The position numbers and the translations under genes were made by a program. This document shows positions 48,504-58,524 of a stretch of 64,000 nucleotides of DNA, piece by piece. Source of the DNA: an uncultured Candidatus Rokubacteria bacterium (GTDB lineage: Bacteria; Methylomirabilota; Methylomirabilia; Rokubacteriales; DASRDR01). How positions within the stretch are numbered: position 1 is the first letter of the stretch; each line of letters begins with the position of its first letter. The stretch lies in the NCBI GenBank assembly GCA_963708025.1, contig CAVPSB010000031.1, positions 160,001 to 224,000 on the forward strand, in the 5' to 3' direction. The notes under the pieces are model-generated. The model made no database searches and was not told the origin of the DNA. It saw only the letters and a program-made list of their open reading frames with translations.

Positions 48504-51316
48504 TCACTCGTCGGCGAGCGCGCTGCGGAGATCGAGCGAGACGATCCGGACGACGTCCTCGTCGCTCATCTCGGTGACGAGGGTCTCGCCGCCCGCCTCC
48601 AGGAGATCGGCCGCCAGTCCCTTCTTCTGCTCGATCAGCGAATCGATCCGCTCCTCGACGGTCCCGCGGCAGACGAACTTGTGGACCACGACGTTCCGCC
48701 GCTGGCCGATCCGGAAGGCGCGGTCGGTCGCCTGGCTCTCGACCGCGGGATTCCACCAGCGGTCGAAGTGGATCACCTGGGAGGCGGCCGTCAGGTTGAG
48801 CCCGGTTCCGCCGGCCCGGAGGGACAGCACGAAGAACGGGACGGTCTCGTCGGCCTGGAAGCGCTCGACGAGGGCCATCCGATCCTTCACCGGAGTCTGG
48901 CCGTGGAGCACCAGGCCGGCCCGGCCGAAGACCCGGCCCAGGTGCTGCGAGAGCGGGCCGGTCATCTCGCGGAACTGGGTGAACACGAGCACCTTCTCCT
49001 GACGGAGCGACAGCTCCTCGCCGAGCTCGGCCAGCCGGGCGAACTTCCCGCTCTCGTCGGGCGCGTAGGCGCCGTCGCCGAGCCACTGCGAGGGGTGGTT
49101 GCAGATCTGCTTGAGGCGCAGGAGGAGCGCCAGGATCGTGCCGCGCCGCTCCATCCCGTCCAGGGCCCGGAGCCGCCGCTCGAGCTCCTCCACCGCCTGC
49201 TGGTAGAGGACGGCCTGCTTCCGGGTGAGCGGGCAGTAGGCGCGCACCTCGGTCTTGTCGGGCAGGTCGGTGATGACCTGGCGGTCGGTCTTGAGCCGGC
49301 GCAGGATGTAGGGGCGCACCAGCGCCCGGAGCGGCCCGTAATGATGGTCCCCCCCCGCCGCCAGCTCCCGGGTGACCCGGGTGAACGCGCGGGCGCTCCC
49401 GAGGAGTCCGGGGTTCAGGAAGTCGAACAGCGACCAGAGATCGGAGAGCCGGTTCTCGATCGGCGTGCCCGTCAGCGCCACCCGCGCCCGGCTCCGGAGC
49501 CGCTTGACCGCCCGGGCCTGCTTGGCCGAGGGATTCTTGATCGCCTGGGCCTCGTCGAGCACCAGCAGGTCCCACTCGACCTCGCCGACCCAGGGAAGCC
49601 GCGGGACCTGGCCATACGTGGTGATCGCAAGGTCGACGCCGGCGAGCTCTTCGGCCGCCAGCGCGGCCAGCTCCCGGCCCGGCCGCTCCGACGGGTGGGC
49701 CACGAGCACCTCGAGATCGGGCGCGAACCGCCCGATCTCCTGCTGCCAGTTGGCGATCAAGGACGCCGGCACCACGAGGAGGCTCGGCCGCCGGCGATCC
49801 GCGCCGCCCGGGCCCTCGGCGGGGCGAGGAGCGTTCCCGGCTTTCAGGAGCAGGAGCAGGCCCAGCACCTGGACGGTCTTCCCCAGTCCCATGTCGTCGG
49901 CCAGGCAGGCGCCCAGGCCGAGGCGAGAGAGAAGCCAGAGCCAGCGGACCCCGATCTCCTGGTAGGGACGGAGCGTCGTCCGGAGGGCCGCGCCCGGATC
50001 GGCGGCGGCCAGCACCTCGGGGCGGCGCAGGCGCTCGAGCGTCGCCGCGAGCCACTCCCCCGCGACCACCCGGGACCAGTCGTCCCCGCGCTCCGGCGCC
50101 GCCGGCTCTCCATCGGAGAGTGCCGTCCCGGCCAGAAGCCGCATCGCCTCCCGGAAGGAGAGGCCTTCGCGGGCGGCGCTTCGCGCCCTCTCCCAGTGGG
50201 CGAGGACCTGGCGGAGCTTCTCCCGGTCCAGCTCCACCCACTTCCCTCGCACGAGGGCGAGCCCGCTGGCGCCAGCGAGGATCTCTCGCCACTCCGCGTC
50301 GGAGATGGCCTCGCCCTCGAGCGTGAGGGCGACCGAGAAGTCGAGGAGCGCGTCCAGTCCGAGAGTGGAGGGCGGCTTGCCGCCGACGGTGACGCTGACC
50401 TCGAGCCGCCGCGGTCGATCCGGCTTCCACCAGTCGGGCACCCGGACCATGACGCCGGCCGCTTCGAAGACCGGCACGTCCTGGAGGAAGCGGTGGGCCT
50501 CGCGGGGCGTCCAGGCGAGCGGCTGGAAGATGTCGCCCGCGTCCACCAGGTCCTTGAGCAGGGGGCTGGTCGCGGCGGCGCGGTCGACCGGCGCCAGCAG
50601 GGACAGGAGCGCCGCCCGGTCCCCTTGGAGCGTCCGGAGCGCCTGGCCGAGGGGCTGATGCTGCGGCCGGCCCTGGGCGGAGAGCCGGGTCGTGTAGGTG
50701 GCGAGGAAGCCGAAGGGATGGTCGCCGTCGTGCTTGTTCTCCGCCAGGTGGAAGTAGACCCGCCCGACCAGGTTCCAGACGGGGTTCCTGGCCTGCAGGT
50801 AGGCCTGGACGCTTCCCCGATGATGGCGGATCTCTTCGCGGAAGAACGCCTCGAGCTCCGCCCACCAGGCCCGGAGGCGGGCCGCATCCAGGTACTCCCC
50901 TCCGGCCAGCGGCGGCGCTTCGCCGGCGAGCCGGTCGAGCTCGCCCGGTGGGGTCGGCGACGTCCACCTGGCCGCGCCGCTCCTCGAGGTCGCCGATGCC
51001 GCAGAGCCGGGTGACGAAGAGCCGGGCGAAGTCCCGGAAGAATCCCAGCGCCGGCGGAAGCGGGGTGGAGACCTCGACGGCACCGAGGTGGAAGAGCCCG
51101 GCTGCCGGCCCGCGGGCGAAGGCGGCCCCGATCGCCTCGGCCGGCCTCGGGTCGAGCGGTGACGCGTCCGGGCTTGCCAGGAGGCGGAGCCGTCCCGACG
51201 GTGAGACCGCGAGCGTGAGCCGTCGCTCGATCGAGGAGTCGCGCGCCGTGTCACCGGCCCCGGTGGCGAGCGGGGCTCGGTCCGCTGGCGGCTGGTGGTC
51301 GCGACGTCGGTGTCAC
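48504..51316 (-). CDS. SNF2-family helicase/ATPase (frameshift near 50955, probably another near the start)
   Basis: LRPYQ, LADDMGLGKT, DEAQ, LTGTPIEN, LRRLK, GTGLNLT, QATDRAFRIGQ; the N-terminal domain (LFHLGAVEV..FFRDFARLFV) is in a different frame. Confidence 0.9.
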
Positions 51317-51492
51317 GCCGGGACGGCGTTCCACGACGCTGAGCCTCGCTCCCACCCCACGGGTCGAAGATGTAGCGCGACTGGCCGGGCTCGTCAAGAG
51401 CAGAGTGGCGGCGACCGGCACGCCCGACAGTCCATTAGCCCTAAACGGCGAATACAGCACCTTCATCAGCGGTCCGAGAGCCGCTCCTACTC

Positions 51493-51591
51493 CACTCCCT
51501 CTCCCTTCCAGGGAGAGGGTCGGGGTGAGGGTCGATAGGGGGCGTGGCTTCCCCCTCCCCCTCACCCTCTCCCCCAGAGGGGGAGAGGGAA
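51493..51591. repeat. REP-like double-hairpin element (CCCTCTCCC..GGGAGAGGG family)
   Basis: CCCTCTCCCTTCCAGGGAGAGGG-TCGGGGTGAGGG...CCCTCACCCTCTCCCCCAGAGGGGGAGAGGG. Confidence 0.75.
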
Positions 51592-51637
51592 AGAGGGTGC
51601 AGCCCGCGCCGGATAATCGCCGATTGGGGTTAGATTA

Positions 51638-51838
51638 GCCGAGGCGACCCTCATCACCCGGCGCGAGGAGACGGCGGCGATGCGGGCGCAGGCCAACACC
51701 GCGCGCCTGCTCGAGACCACGCCGCTGCTCATGCGGCTCCGGGAGCTGGAGGTCCTGGAGAAGGTCGCCGACAAGGCGAACCTGACGGTGGTCCTCGGGG
51801 AGGGTGGCCTCGCCGACCGCGTGGTGAAGCTCTTGTAG
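51638..51838 (+). pseudogene. SPFH/band-7 (slipin) C-terminal fragment
   Basis: RREETAAMRAQANTARLLETTPLLMRLRELEVLEKV; no start codon or N-terminus. Confidence 0.72.
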
Positions 51839-51919
51839 GGCCCGGCGGGGAGGGGCGGCGCACGTCGCCGCTCCCCGCCGGGTGGGGGCCGGTTGACCGG
51901 AGTGTCAACCCCGGCGAGA

Positions 51920-52501
51920 ATGCCGCCCGTGCCGCGCAGCGACGACGTCCACGAGCTGCCCCGAGACCTCCCGGTGCCGGCCGACGACGGCGCCTGCACC
52001 CATCTGCCCCGCCTGGCGCTGCCCGCGGTCGCGCTGCCCACCACCGCGGGCCGCCTCGTCAACCTCGCCGGACTCCCCGGCCGCACCGTCGTCTACGTCT
52101 ATCCACGCACCGGCCGGCCGGACCAGGACCCGCCCCCGGGCTGGAACGAGATCCCGGGCGCGCGCGGCTGCACGCCGCAGTCGTGCGCGTTCCGTGACCA
52201 CTACGCGGAGCTGACGGCGCTCGGGGCGCGGGTGTTCGGCCTCAGCACGCAGGACACGGAGTACCAGCGCGAGGCCGTCGAGCGGCTGCACCTGCCGTTC
52301 GAGCTGCTGAGCGACGACCGGCTTCGCTTCGCGCGCACGCTCAGGCTGCCCACGTTCGAGGTCGAGGGCATGACCCTGATCAAGCGGCTCACGCTGATCG
52401 TCAACGGCGGGCGCATCGCGAAGGCGTTCTACCCGGTCTTCCCGCCGGACCGGAACGCCGGCGACGTGGTCGCCTGGCTGGCGGCTCGGCCCGGGTCATA
52501 G
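51920..52501 (+). CDS. Peroxiredoxin (BCP/PrxQ-like)
   Basis: YVYPRTG, IPGARGCTPQSCAFRD, LPFELLSD, YPVFPP. Confidence 0.92.
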   Translation: MPPVPRSDDVHELPRDLPVPADDGACTHLPRLALPAVALPTTAGRLVNLAGLPGRTVVYVYPRTGRPDQDPPPGWNEIPGARGCTPQSCAFRDHYAELTALGARVFGLSTQDTEYQREAVERLHLPFELLSDDRLRFARTLRLPTFEVEGMTLIKRLTLIVNGGRIAKAFYPVFPPDRNAGDVVAWLAARPGS

Positions 52502-52669
52502 CCGCCGATTCGCACCGCACACCAGCTCGCGCTGGCGAGCCCCTCCGTCGGCAGCCTCCACTCATCGACGTCCTCCACGGAGTCCTGACCAGGTCCGAGC
52601 TACATGAATGCCCTCACGGAGGCTTTCGCGGACCGCATCCGGCCGCCTCGACCGACCCCCCGCGATCCA

Positions 52670-52868
52670 CCCGCATCGACAACCGGACCGTCACGGCGTT
52701 CTTGCACCTCTCCCTCGGCGGGCGCCGGCCACGGATCGCGGTGTACGTGCGACCCCGCGGCCGCCTCGGCCGGTGGTATCTACGCGCCATCGAGCCCTTC
52801 CGCCGGCCATCGTCTACCCGAGCCTCGTGGCCGCCGGCCGGCGAGCCGTGCGGCGTCTCGCCGGCTGA
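52670..52868 (+). pseudogene. DUF2867-like C-terminal fragment
   Basis: IDNRTVTAFLHL...AVYVRPRGRLGRWYLRAIEPFRR, then IVYPSL in another frame. Confidence 0.55.
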
Positions 52869-52940
52869 GCGCCGCGCCGGCGAGCTCGGCGCGGGCCCGG
52901 GTGTCGTCGAACGTCCGGACCGCGCGCCCGCGCCGGCCGA

Positions 52941-53735
52941 TCACGCCGGGCCGGTTGGCGCCGCGGTCGCGCGGTCCTCGATCTCCCACGCGTGATCGAG
53001 CGCGTGCCAGGCCGACCGGCGCACGGCATAGCGCGGGGTCCACACGGCGCCGGCGCGGCGGGTCAGCAGGAGCGGTCTGCCGCCGTGCACGCGCGATGCG
53101 AGCGCCTCGAGGATGGCTCGGCGGACCCCGGCCAGCTCGGCCGCCGGGTCGGCGTCCCGAGTCTTGCCGTATCGGCCCCCGAGCCGGACGAGATAGGCCT
53201 TGTCGGCCTCCAGCACGTGACGGACGATCGCATCGAGCTCGCGGCCACCTCCGCGCGGCCCCTTCCGGAGCGTTGCACCGACCGCCGCCTCGGCGGCCCG
53301 ATCGAGCTTCGCCCAGCACGCCCGCAGCACCAGGGCGAGCCGTTCGGCCTCGGAGTCGTCGAGCCGGCGCGCGTCGCGCGCCGGCGGCACCCCGGGCGCG
53401 CCGAAGTCGGTGGTGGCGTTACCCGCGAGCCGCTCGACCACCTCGAAGGCGGATGCGTCGCGGGGCGCCGTCAACCCGAGCCGCGCCGGCCCGAGTGCCG
53501 CCGCGTAGCGCGGGCCGTAGGCGACGAGGGCCTGCAGCGCCGCGTCCGCGTCGCGCCCGCTCCGGCACCAGCCCGGCCAGTCGAGCGCTCCGGCGAAGAC
53601 CCGGCGGCGCCCCACCTCGAGGTAGACCTCGATTCTCGGCGCTGACCGACGGGGAGGGGACCGCCTCAGGGCGATCGGACTCCGCGTTCGGGCCGGGCGA
53701 GGGCCGGGACCGGCTGGGCCTATGCCTCGGGGCAT
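52941..53735 (-). CDS. Conserved hypothetical protein (DinB-like C-terminus; start uncertain)
   Basis: ALDWPGWCRSGR, ATTDFGAP, LRKGPRGGGR, RRSAWHALDHAWEIED. Confidence 0.75.
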   Translation of the reverse strand: MPRGIGPAGPGPRPARTRSPIALRRSPPRRSAPRIEVYLEVGRRRVFAGALDWPGWCRSGRDADAALQALVAYGPRYAAALGPARLGLTAPRDASAFEVVERLAGNATTDFGAPGVPPARDARRLDDSEAERLALVLRACWAKLDRAAEAAVGATLRKGPRGGGRELDAIVRHVLEADKAYLVRLGGRYGKTRDADPAAELAGVRRAILEALASRVHGGRPLLLTRRAGAVWTPRYAVRRSAWHALDHAWEIEDRATAAPTGPA

Positions 53736-53771
53736 CTCCGGATGCGCCGTCTCCGGCGGGACACCCGTTCC

Positions 53772-53965
53772 CTAGGTGGTCGCGGCATCGGTCCCCTCAC
53801 GGAGGGTGGTGGTCTGATCGCCGACCCGGACCGCGGCGTCCCAGGTGATCTGGATGGCGTCCTTCACGCTCTGGTGGGCCGGGCAGCCCTGGACGTGAAG
53901 GGCCAGGGCGCGCGCGGTGGCGTCGCGGGCATCGGGCGGCACCGCCAGGTCGTAGTGAAATGGAG
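53772..53965 (-). pseudogene. OsmC-like C-terminal fragment
   Basis: HYDLAVP...RALALHVQGCPAHQSVKDAIQITWDA; N-terminus not recognisable. Confidence 0.5.
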
Positions 53966-54048
53966 GGCGACATGGGTCTCTCCAGCCGGACCGGGCGGTG
54001 CCGCCGCCCATGCATGACCGCTCCCGGGAACCGCGCGAACCCGTTCCG

Positions 54049-55257
54049 TCAAGGCGTCTCCGGGCCCCGGGCCGGCCACCAGGTTCCGGCCGCCAGCGCG
54101 GCGCCGGCGAGCGCCGCGAGGGCGCTGAAGATCCCGAGGCTGCCGAAGCCGTGGTGGGTGATCAGCCAGCCGCCGAGGGCGGTGGCCCCGAGCCAGCCGA
54201 CGCTCCCGGTCGTGATGTTGAGCCCCAGGATCGCCCCGCGGGCCTCGCTCGAGACCTCGCTCAGCGCGGCCATCAGGGACGGCCGCCCCACCGCGTTGGC
54301 GAGCGAGTAGGCGAAGCCCAGGGCAACCGAGACGCCGAGCCCGGGCCGCCAGAGCATGAGGGGGAGCGCCAGCGTCGCGGTGAGCACCGCCGAGGCGGCG
54401 TAGGAGAGCGGCCGGGCCGGAAGCCGGTCGGCCACCTGACCGCCGAGGATGTTGCCGACCAGGTTGCCCAGGGCGATGAGGGCCAGCGCCACGGCGAGCG
54501 CCGAGAGGCTGACGCCGTAGACGGTCAGCAGGTACGTCGCCAGGTACACCGCCATGCCCGAGAAGCAGGCGCGCTCCATGGCGGAGGCGGCCAGGAGGGC
54601 CACCAGCCGCGGGGTGAGGAGGCGCGCGACGGAGACCCGCGGCCGCGACCCGGCCGGGCGGCGGGACGCGGCGGGGGGCACCACGAGCCAGACGGCGACC
54701 GCCGTGAGGAGCGTCGCGGCGGCCTGGATGCCGATGCTGCCCCGCCAGCCGGCGAACACCCCAAGGAAGGTGTAGAGGGGCGTGCCGAGCACCAGCGAGA
54801 GCGACTGGCCCGTGAGGACCCAGCCGAGCGCGCGCCCCCGGGCGGCCGCCGGCACGCGGTCCGAGACGGCGGCGAAGACGGTCCCCATGAAGGCCCCGCC
54901 GCCCAGGCCGGCGGCGAACTGCCAGGCGGCGGCGGTGCCGTAGCTCCCGGCCAGGGCCAGGCCGCCTCGCGCGGCTGCCAGCGCCAGGACCCCGCCGACG
55001 AGGATCGGCCGGCGGCCGAGGCGGTCGGAGGCCGAGCCGGCCATGAGCGACATGACCCCCCAGGCGGCGCTGAGGAGCCCCACGAGGTTGCCGACCGCGG
55101 CCAGCTCGGCCCCGAGGTCGCGGGCCATGTCGAGGAGGAAGGGGGCGACCGAGGTCGAGGCGCCCGAGACGAGGAAGGTCGTCCAGATGAGCGTGCCGAG
55201 GAGCGTCGCGGCCCCGCGGGGCCGCGACGCCGCCGGTGGGTCGGGGGAAGCCGTCAA
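54049..55257 (-). CDS. MFS transporter (start uncertain)
   Basis: GSASDRLGRR and GGQVADRL motifs; about 12 hydrophobic segments. Confidence 0.9.
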   Translation of the reverse strand: MTASPDPPAASRPRGAATLLGTLIWTTFLVSGASTSVAPFLLDMARDLGAELAAVGNLVGLLSAAWGVMSLMAGSASDRLGRRPILVGGVLALAAARGGLALAGSYGTAAAWQFAAGLGGGAFMGTVFAAVSDRVPAAARGRALGWVLTGQSLSLVLGTPLYTFLGVFAGWRGSIGIQAAATLLTAVAVWLVVPPAASRRPAGSRPRVSVARLLTPRLVALLAASAMERACFSGMAVYLATYLLTVYGVSLSALAVALALIALGNLVGNILGGQVADRLPARPLSYAASAVLTATLALPLMLWRPGLGVSVALGFAYSLANAVGRPSLMAALSEVSSEARGAILGLNITTGSVGWLGATALGGWLITHHGFGSLGIFSALAALAGAALAAGTWWPARGPETP

Positions 55258-55387
55258 CGCGGGGCTGGCCCCGGCGGCCGGACCCTCGGGCGGGAAAGGG
55301 CGCCGGCCATGCCGGCAGTGTAGCATCGGGAGACTGCCGGGGCGGGATTGACCCCCCGAGCGCGCGTCGCGTACTGTCGGCACGAGA

Positions 55388-56050
55388 ATGAAGCTCCTGC
55401 GACGGATGGCGGCGCGCCTGGGGTTCGAGCCCGGGCGGCGCGCACTGCGCCGGGCGTTCGTTCAGATCTATCGGACCCGGGCCTGGCCCGACCCGGAGTC
55501 CGTGTCCGGACCGGGGTCGGGCGTGGCCCGGACGGCGCTCATCCGCGCCGACCTGCAGGCCCTGCTCCGGGAGCTCCAGGTCCGGTCGCTGCTCGACGCT
55601 GGCTGCGGCGACTTCAACTGGATGAAGGAGACCGAGCTGCCCGGGTGTCGCTACGTCGGGGTCAACGTGGTCCCGGAGCTGATCGCCCGGAATCGCGTGC
55701 GGCATGGCGGCGCCGGGCGCGAGTTTCGGACGGCCGACATCGCCCGGGACCGGCTCCCCGCGGTCAACCTGATCCTCTGCCGGGACTGCCTGGTGCACCT
55801 CTCCCTCGACGACGCGCTCCGGGCCCTGGCCAACTTCAGGCGGAGCGGATCGCGCTACCTCCTGGCGACCACGTTCGTCGAAGGGGCCGAAAACCCGGAC
55901 ATCGCGACCGGCGACTGGCGTCCGCTGAACCTGGAGCGACCACCGTTCGGGTTGCCCGCGCCGCTCCGGGCCATCGACGAGCGCGTCCCCGTCGAGCACG
56001 GCCCGTACCCCGACAAGCGACTGGCCCTGTGGCGGCTCGGCCAGTCCTGA
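55388..56050 (+). CDS. Class I SAM-dependent methyltransferase
   Basis: SVSGPGS, LLDAGCGDFNWM, LILCRDCLVHL, WRPLNL..PPF. Confidence 0.88.
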   Translation: MKLLRRMAARLGFEPGRRALRRAFVQIYRTRAWPDPESVSGPGSGVARTALIRADLQALLRELQVRSLLDAGCGDFNWMKETELPGCRYVGVNVVPELIARNRVRHGGAGREFRTADIARDRLPAVNLILCRDCLVHLSLDDALRALANFRRSGSRYLLATTFVEGAENPDIATGDWRPLNLERPPFGLPAPLRAIDERVPVEHGPYPDKRLALWRLGQS

Positions 56051-56169
56051 CGATCCGCGACCAAGCGGCTTCCCGGGCTGGCTTGACGCTCGCAGGCCGG
56101 CCGGGTAGATTGGCCACGGAATCGGCGGCCGGCGGTCCCGCCGCCACGTCCCAGCCTGAGGAGGCAACC

Positions 56170-56847
56170 ATGAAGCGGATCACAATACTAGGCATCTGCA
56201 TCGTCCTCGGGGCCCTGGTGCTGCCCCTTCTCGCCGGTGCCCAGACGACGACCTCCAACGCCCGGGTCGGCGTCCTGGCGGGGTCGATCCCACCCGACGC
56301 GAAGGTCGGGTTGCTGGTTGGCACCCTTCCGCCGAACGCCACGGTCGGGAGCCTGGCCGGCACCCTCCCGCCGAACGCCACGGTCGGCAACCTGGTGGGC
56401 GCGCTCCCGCCGAATGCCCGGCTCGGCGTCCTGATCGGGGTGATTCCGCTGGACGCGCATGTGGGCATGCTGAGGGACACCGTTGCCCCGGGGGTGCCAA
56501 TCGGCCTGACAACCCCGGGATTCAAGCCAAGCACGGCACTGGGTGAGCCGCTGCCGGCCGACCTGGCGGGGGCTCTCGAGGCCCAGGCGAAGACCTACCT
56601 CACCGATCACGCGTTCGCCAACACTGAGGAGCGCCTGAACCAGTCGGAGGGGCTCGAGGAGCGGCGTCTCGGTCGGGACAGTCCGGCGATGGCGGACCTG
56701 CTCGATTCCCATGCGGCCCTGCTCCGGACCAAGGACCGGGACGACTCGGCGTCGAAGCTGGAGGACCGCGCCAAGGCGATCCGGAAGCAGAACGAAGAGG
56801 CGCGCCGCCCCGCGCCGAGCCTGGCCGAGCAACTCGGGCTACGATGA
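56170..56847 (+). CDS. Secreted protein with six 13-aa repeats and a TPR-like C-terminus
   Basis: GAGGAGG RBS; signal peptide MKRITILG...AGA; repeats VGxLxGxLPPNAx; C-terminal LEERRLGRDSPAMADLLDSHAALLR. Confidence 0.78.
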   Translation: MKRITILGICIVLGALVLPLLAGAQTTTSNARVGVLAGSIPPDAKVGLLVGTLPPNATVGSLAGTLPPNATVGNLVGALPPNARLGVLIGVIPLDAHVGMLRDTVAPGVPIGLTTPGFKPSTALGEPLPADLAGALEAQAKTYLTDHAFANTEERLNQSEGLEERRLGRDSPAMADLLDSHAALLRTKDRDDSASKLEDRAKAIRKQNEEARRPAPSLAEQLGLR

Positions 56848-56932
56848 TGATGAGCTGGTCCAGAAGAAGATCATCCCGCAGGCCACCTACGACAAGATCA
56901 AGCACCTGATCATCGCGAAGCAGGGGTCCTGA
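56846..56932 (+). pseudogene. ComEA-like helix-hairpin-helix C-terminal fragment
   Basis: DELVQKKIIPQATYDKIKHLIIAKQ*. Confidence 0.6.
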
Positions 56933-57004
56933 TCCCACGTCCGCGGTCGTGAGCACTCGGCGCCGCCGGACCCACCGGCGGCGTCGCGCTGCTTTCAGAC
57001 GCCG

Positions 57005-57619
57005 ATGCCCGATCTCCACGCGCTGATCCTCGACTACGGGGACGTGCTCTCGCGGCCCCAGCGCGATCGGTGTGTCCAGGCCATGGCCGACCGGCTCGGG
57101 GTGCCCGAGGATGCCTTCCGCGCGGCCTACCGGCAGCATCGCCGCCCCTACGATGCCGGGCTGCCCGCCGCCGACTACTGGCGGCGGGTGCTGGACTCAC
57201 TGGGCCGGAGCACCCTCGCCATGGACACCGTGGCCACCATCGAGTGGCTGATCGCGACCGACGTGGACTCCTGGACCGAATACCGGGAAGACACGTGGGC
57301 CCTGGCCCGGGAGTTCCGGGCCGGCGGCCGTCTGACCGCCTTCCTTTCGAATGGCATCCCGGAAGTCATGGCGCGCCTTCGCGCGGAGCGGGCCCTCGGG
57401 TCCTGCTTCGACGTCATCGTCGTGTCGAGCGAGGTCGGGCTGACCAAGCCGGATCCGCGGATCTTCGAGCTCTGCCTCGCCCGGCTGGGCGTGGACGCCG
57501 GCCGTGCGCTCTTCGTGGACGATCGGATCGAGAACGTCGAGGCCGCGGCCGGGGTCGGTCTCCGGACCCTCCACTTCACCGGGGACGAGTCGGTGGGGGC
57601 GCTGCGCGAACTCCTCTGA
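57005..57619 (+). CDS. HAD-family phosphatase
   Basis: ILDYGDVL, LSN, KPDPRIF, FVDDRIEN. Confidence 0.9.
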   Translation: MPDLHALILDYGDVLSRPQRDRCVQAMADRLGVPEDAFRAAYRQHRRPYDAGLPAADYWRRVLDSLGRSTLAMDTVATIEWLIATDVDSWTEYREDTWALAREFRAGGRLTAFLSNGIPEVMARLRAERALGSCFDVIVVSSEVGLTKPDPRIFELCLARLGVDAGRALFVDDRIENVEAAAGVGLRTLHFTGDESVGALRELL

Positions 57620-57818
57620 GGTTGTGACGGGAGTCCGGTCGTCCGGCCCCCGTGGGTGGGGGGGGCGATCGGTTGGTGATCGGCCAGGCGGCCGACGCCG
57701 TGGCCACGATCTCACCACCCCCAGGCGCCAGGCCGGCGCCGCCGGACTGTAACCCCGCGTGCCGGTTGCGCCCGGCGGGTCCCGCCCCCTGGCACGATCC
57801 CTGCTCTCTCTCGACGGC

Positions 57819-58103
57819 GTGCGCTTGCCTCACCGCGTCATCATCGTCCGGCGTGACCAGCCGGCCGTGTTTCCAGGCCATCCTGAGCGGCCTTGGCGGG
57901 TGGCCGACGGGCACCTCGGTCATGTGGGACCGCCGGCCCGCATCGTGGAGTGGCGGCAGCCCGAGCGACGGGCGCCGGCCGAGTCGACGTGGCACACCCA
58001 CGGCTTCATCGTCGTGGAAATGGATCGGCTTCCCCCGGAGGCCGTCCGCCTTCAGCCGCTCACGTCGCCGGCGCTCGCCGCCGGCCGGCTGCTGCCCGTG
58101 TAA
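57819..58103 (+). CDS. Hypothetical protein (probably frameshifted)
   Basis: VIIVRRDQP / VMWDRR / ERRAP..TWHTHGFIVV segments are spread over two frames. Confidence 0.4.
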   Translation: MRLPHRVIIVRRDQPAVFPGHPERPWRVADGHLGHVGPPARIVEWRQPERRAPAESTWHTHGFIVVEMDRLPPEAVRLQPLTSPALAAGRLLPV

Positions 58104-58123
58104 CCCGGGTGGAGGAAACCGAC

Positions 58124-58345
58124 ATGATGAGTTGGTTCCCCGAGGAGTTCTCCCTGGCGGCGACGCGAGCCGAGCTGGACCCGACGGATGCGCTGCCTCC
58201 ACGCTCCCTGCTCGACGACGATGCGGACGATCGTGACGAGGTGGGCGACCCGTCGTGGGAAGCGGTCCCGCCCGACACGCGCGTCCTGCACTGGACCCAG
58301 GCCCTGCTGGAGGCCTGCCAGGGCTCACGTCCCGCCGGGGACTGA
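58124..58345 (+). CDS. Small acidic hypothetical protein
   Basis: GGAGG RBS, ATG 58124. Confidence 0.5.
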   Translation: MMSWFPEEFSLAATRAELDPTDALPPRSLLDDDADDRDEVGDPSWEAVPPDTRVLHWTQALLEACQGSRPAGD

Positions 58346-58524
58346 TTCGCTCACTCTCCCGATCCCGCCCCGCCCGGTCCGTTAGAATGGTCTCATGCGG
58401 GGTGTCCGATCCCTTTCCGCCTCTCGTAGCCGGCTCGCCACGGACGAGCGCGCGGCCTGCCTGAAGGCCCAGGAATCCCGGCGGCGCTCGAGAGCCGCCG
58501 CTGGCCCCGCAGGCTAGGGGTCGC

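Noticed and set aside
47581-50967. 1128-aa ORF
   Set aside because: Mostly an alternative frame of the SNF2 gene (Arg/Pro/Gly-rich); only the 3' part is the SWIM gene.
56266-56499. CRISPR or non-coding 39-bp repeat array
   Set aside because: The units are in-frame coding repeats that diverge at synonymous positions.
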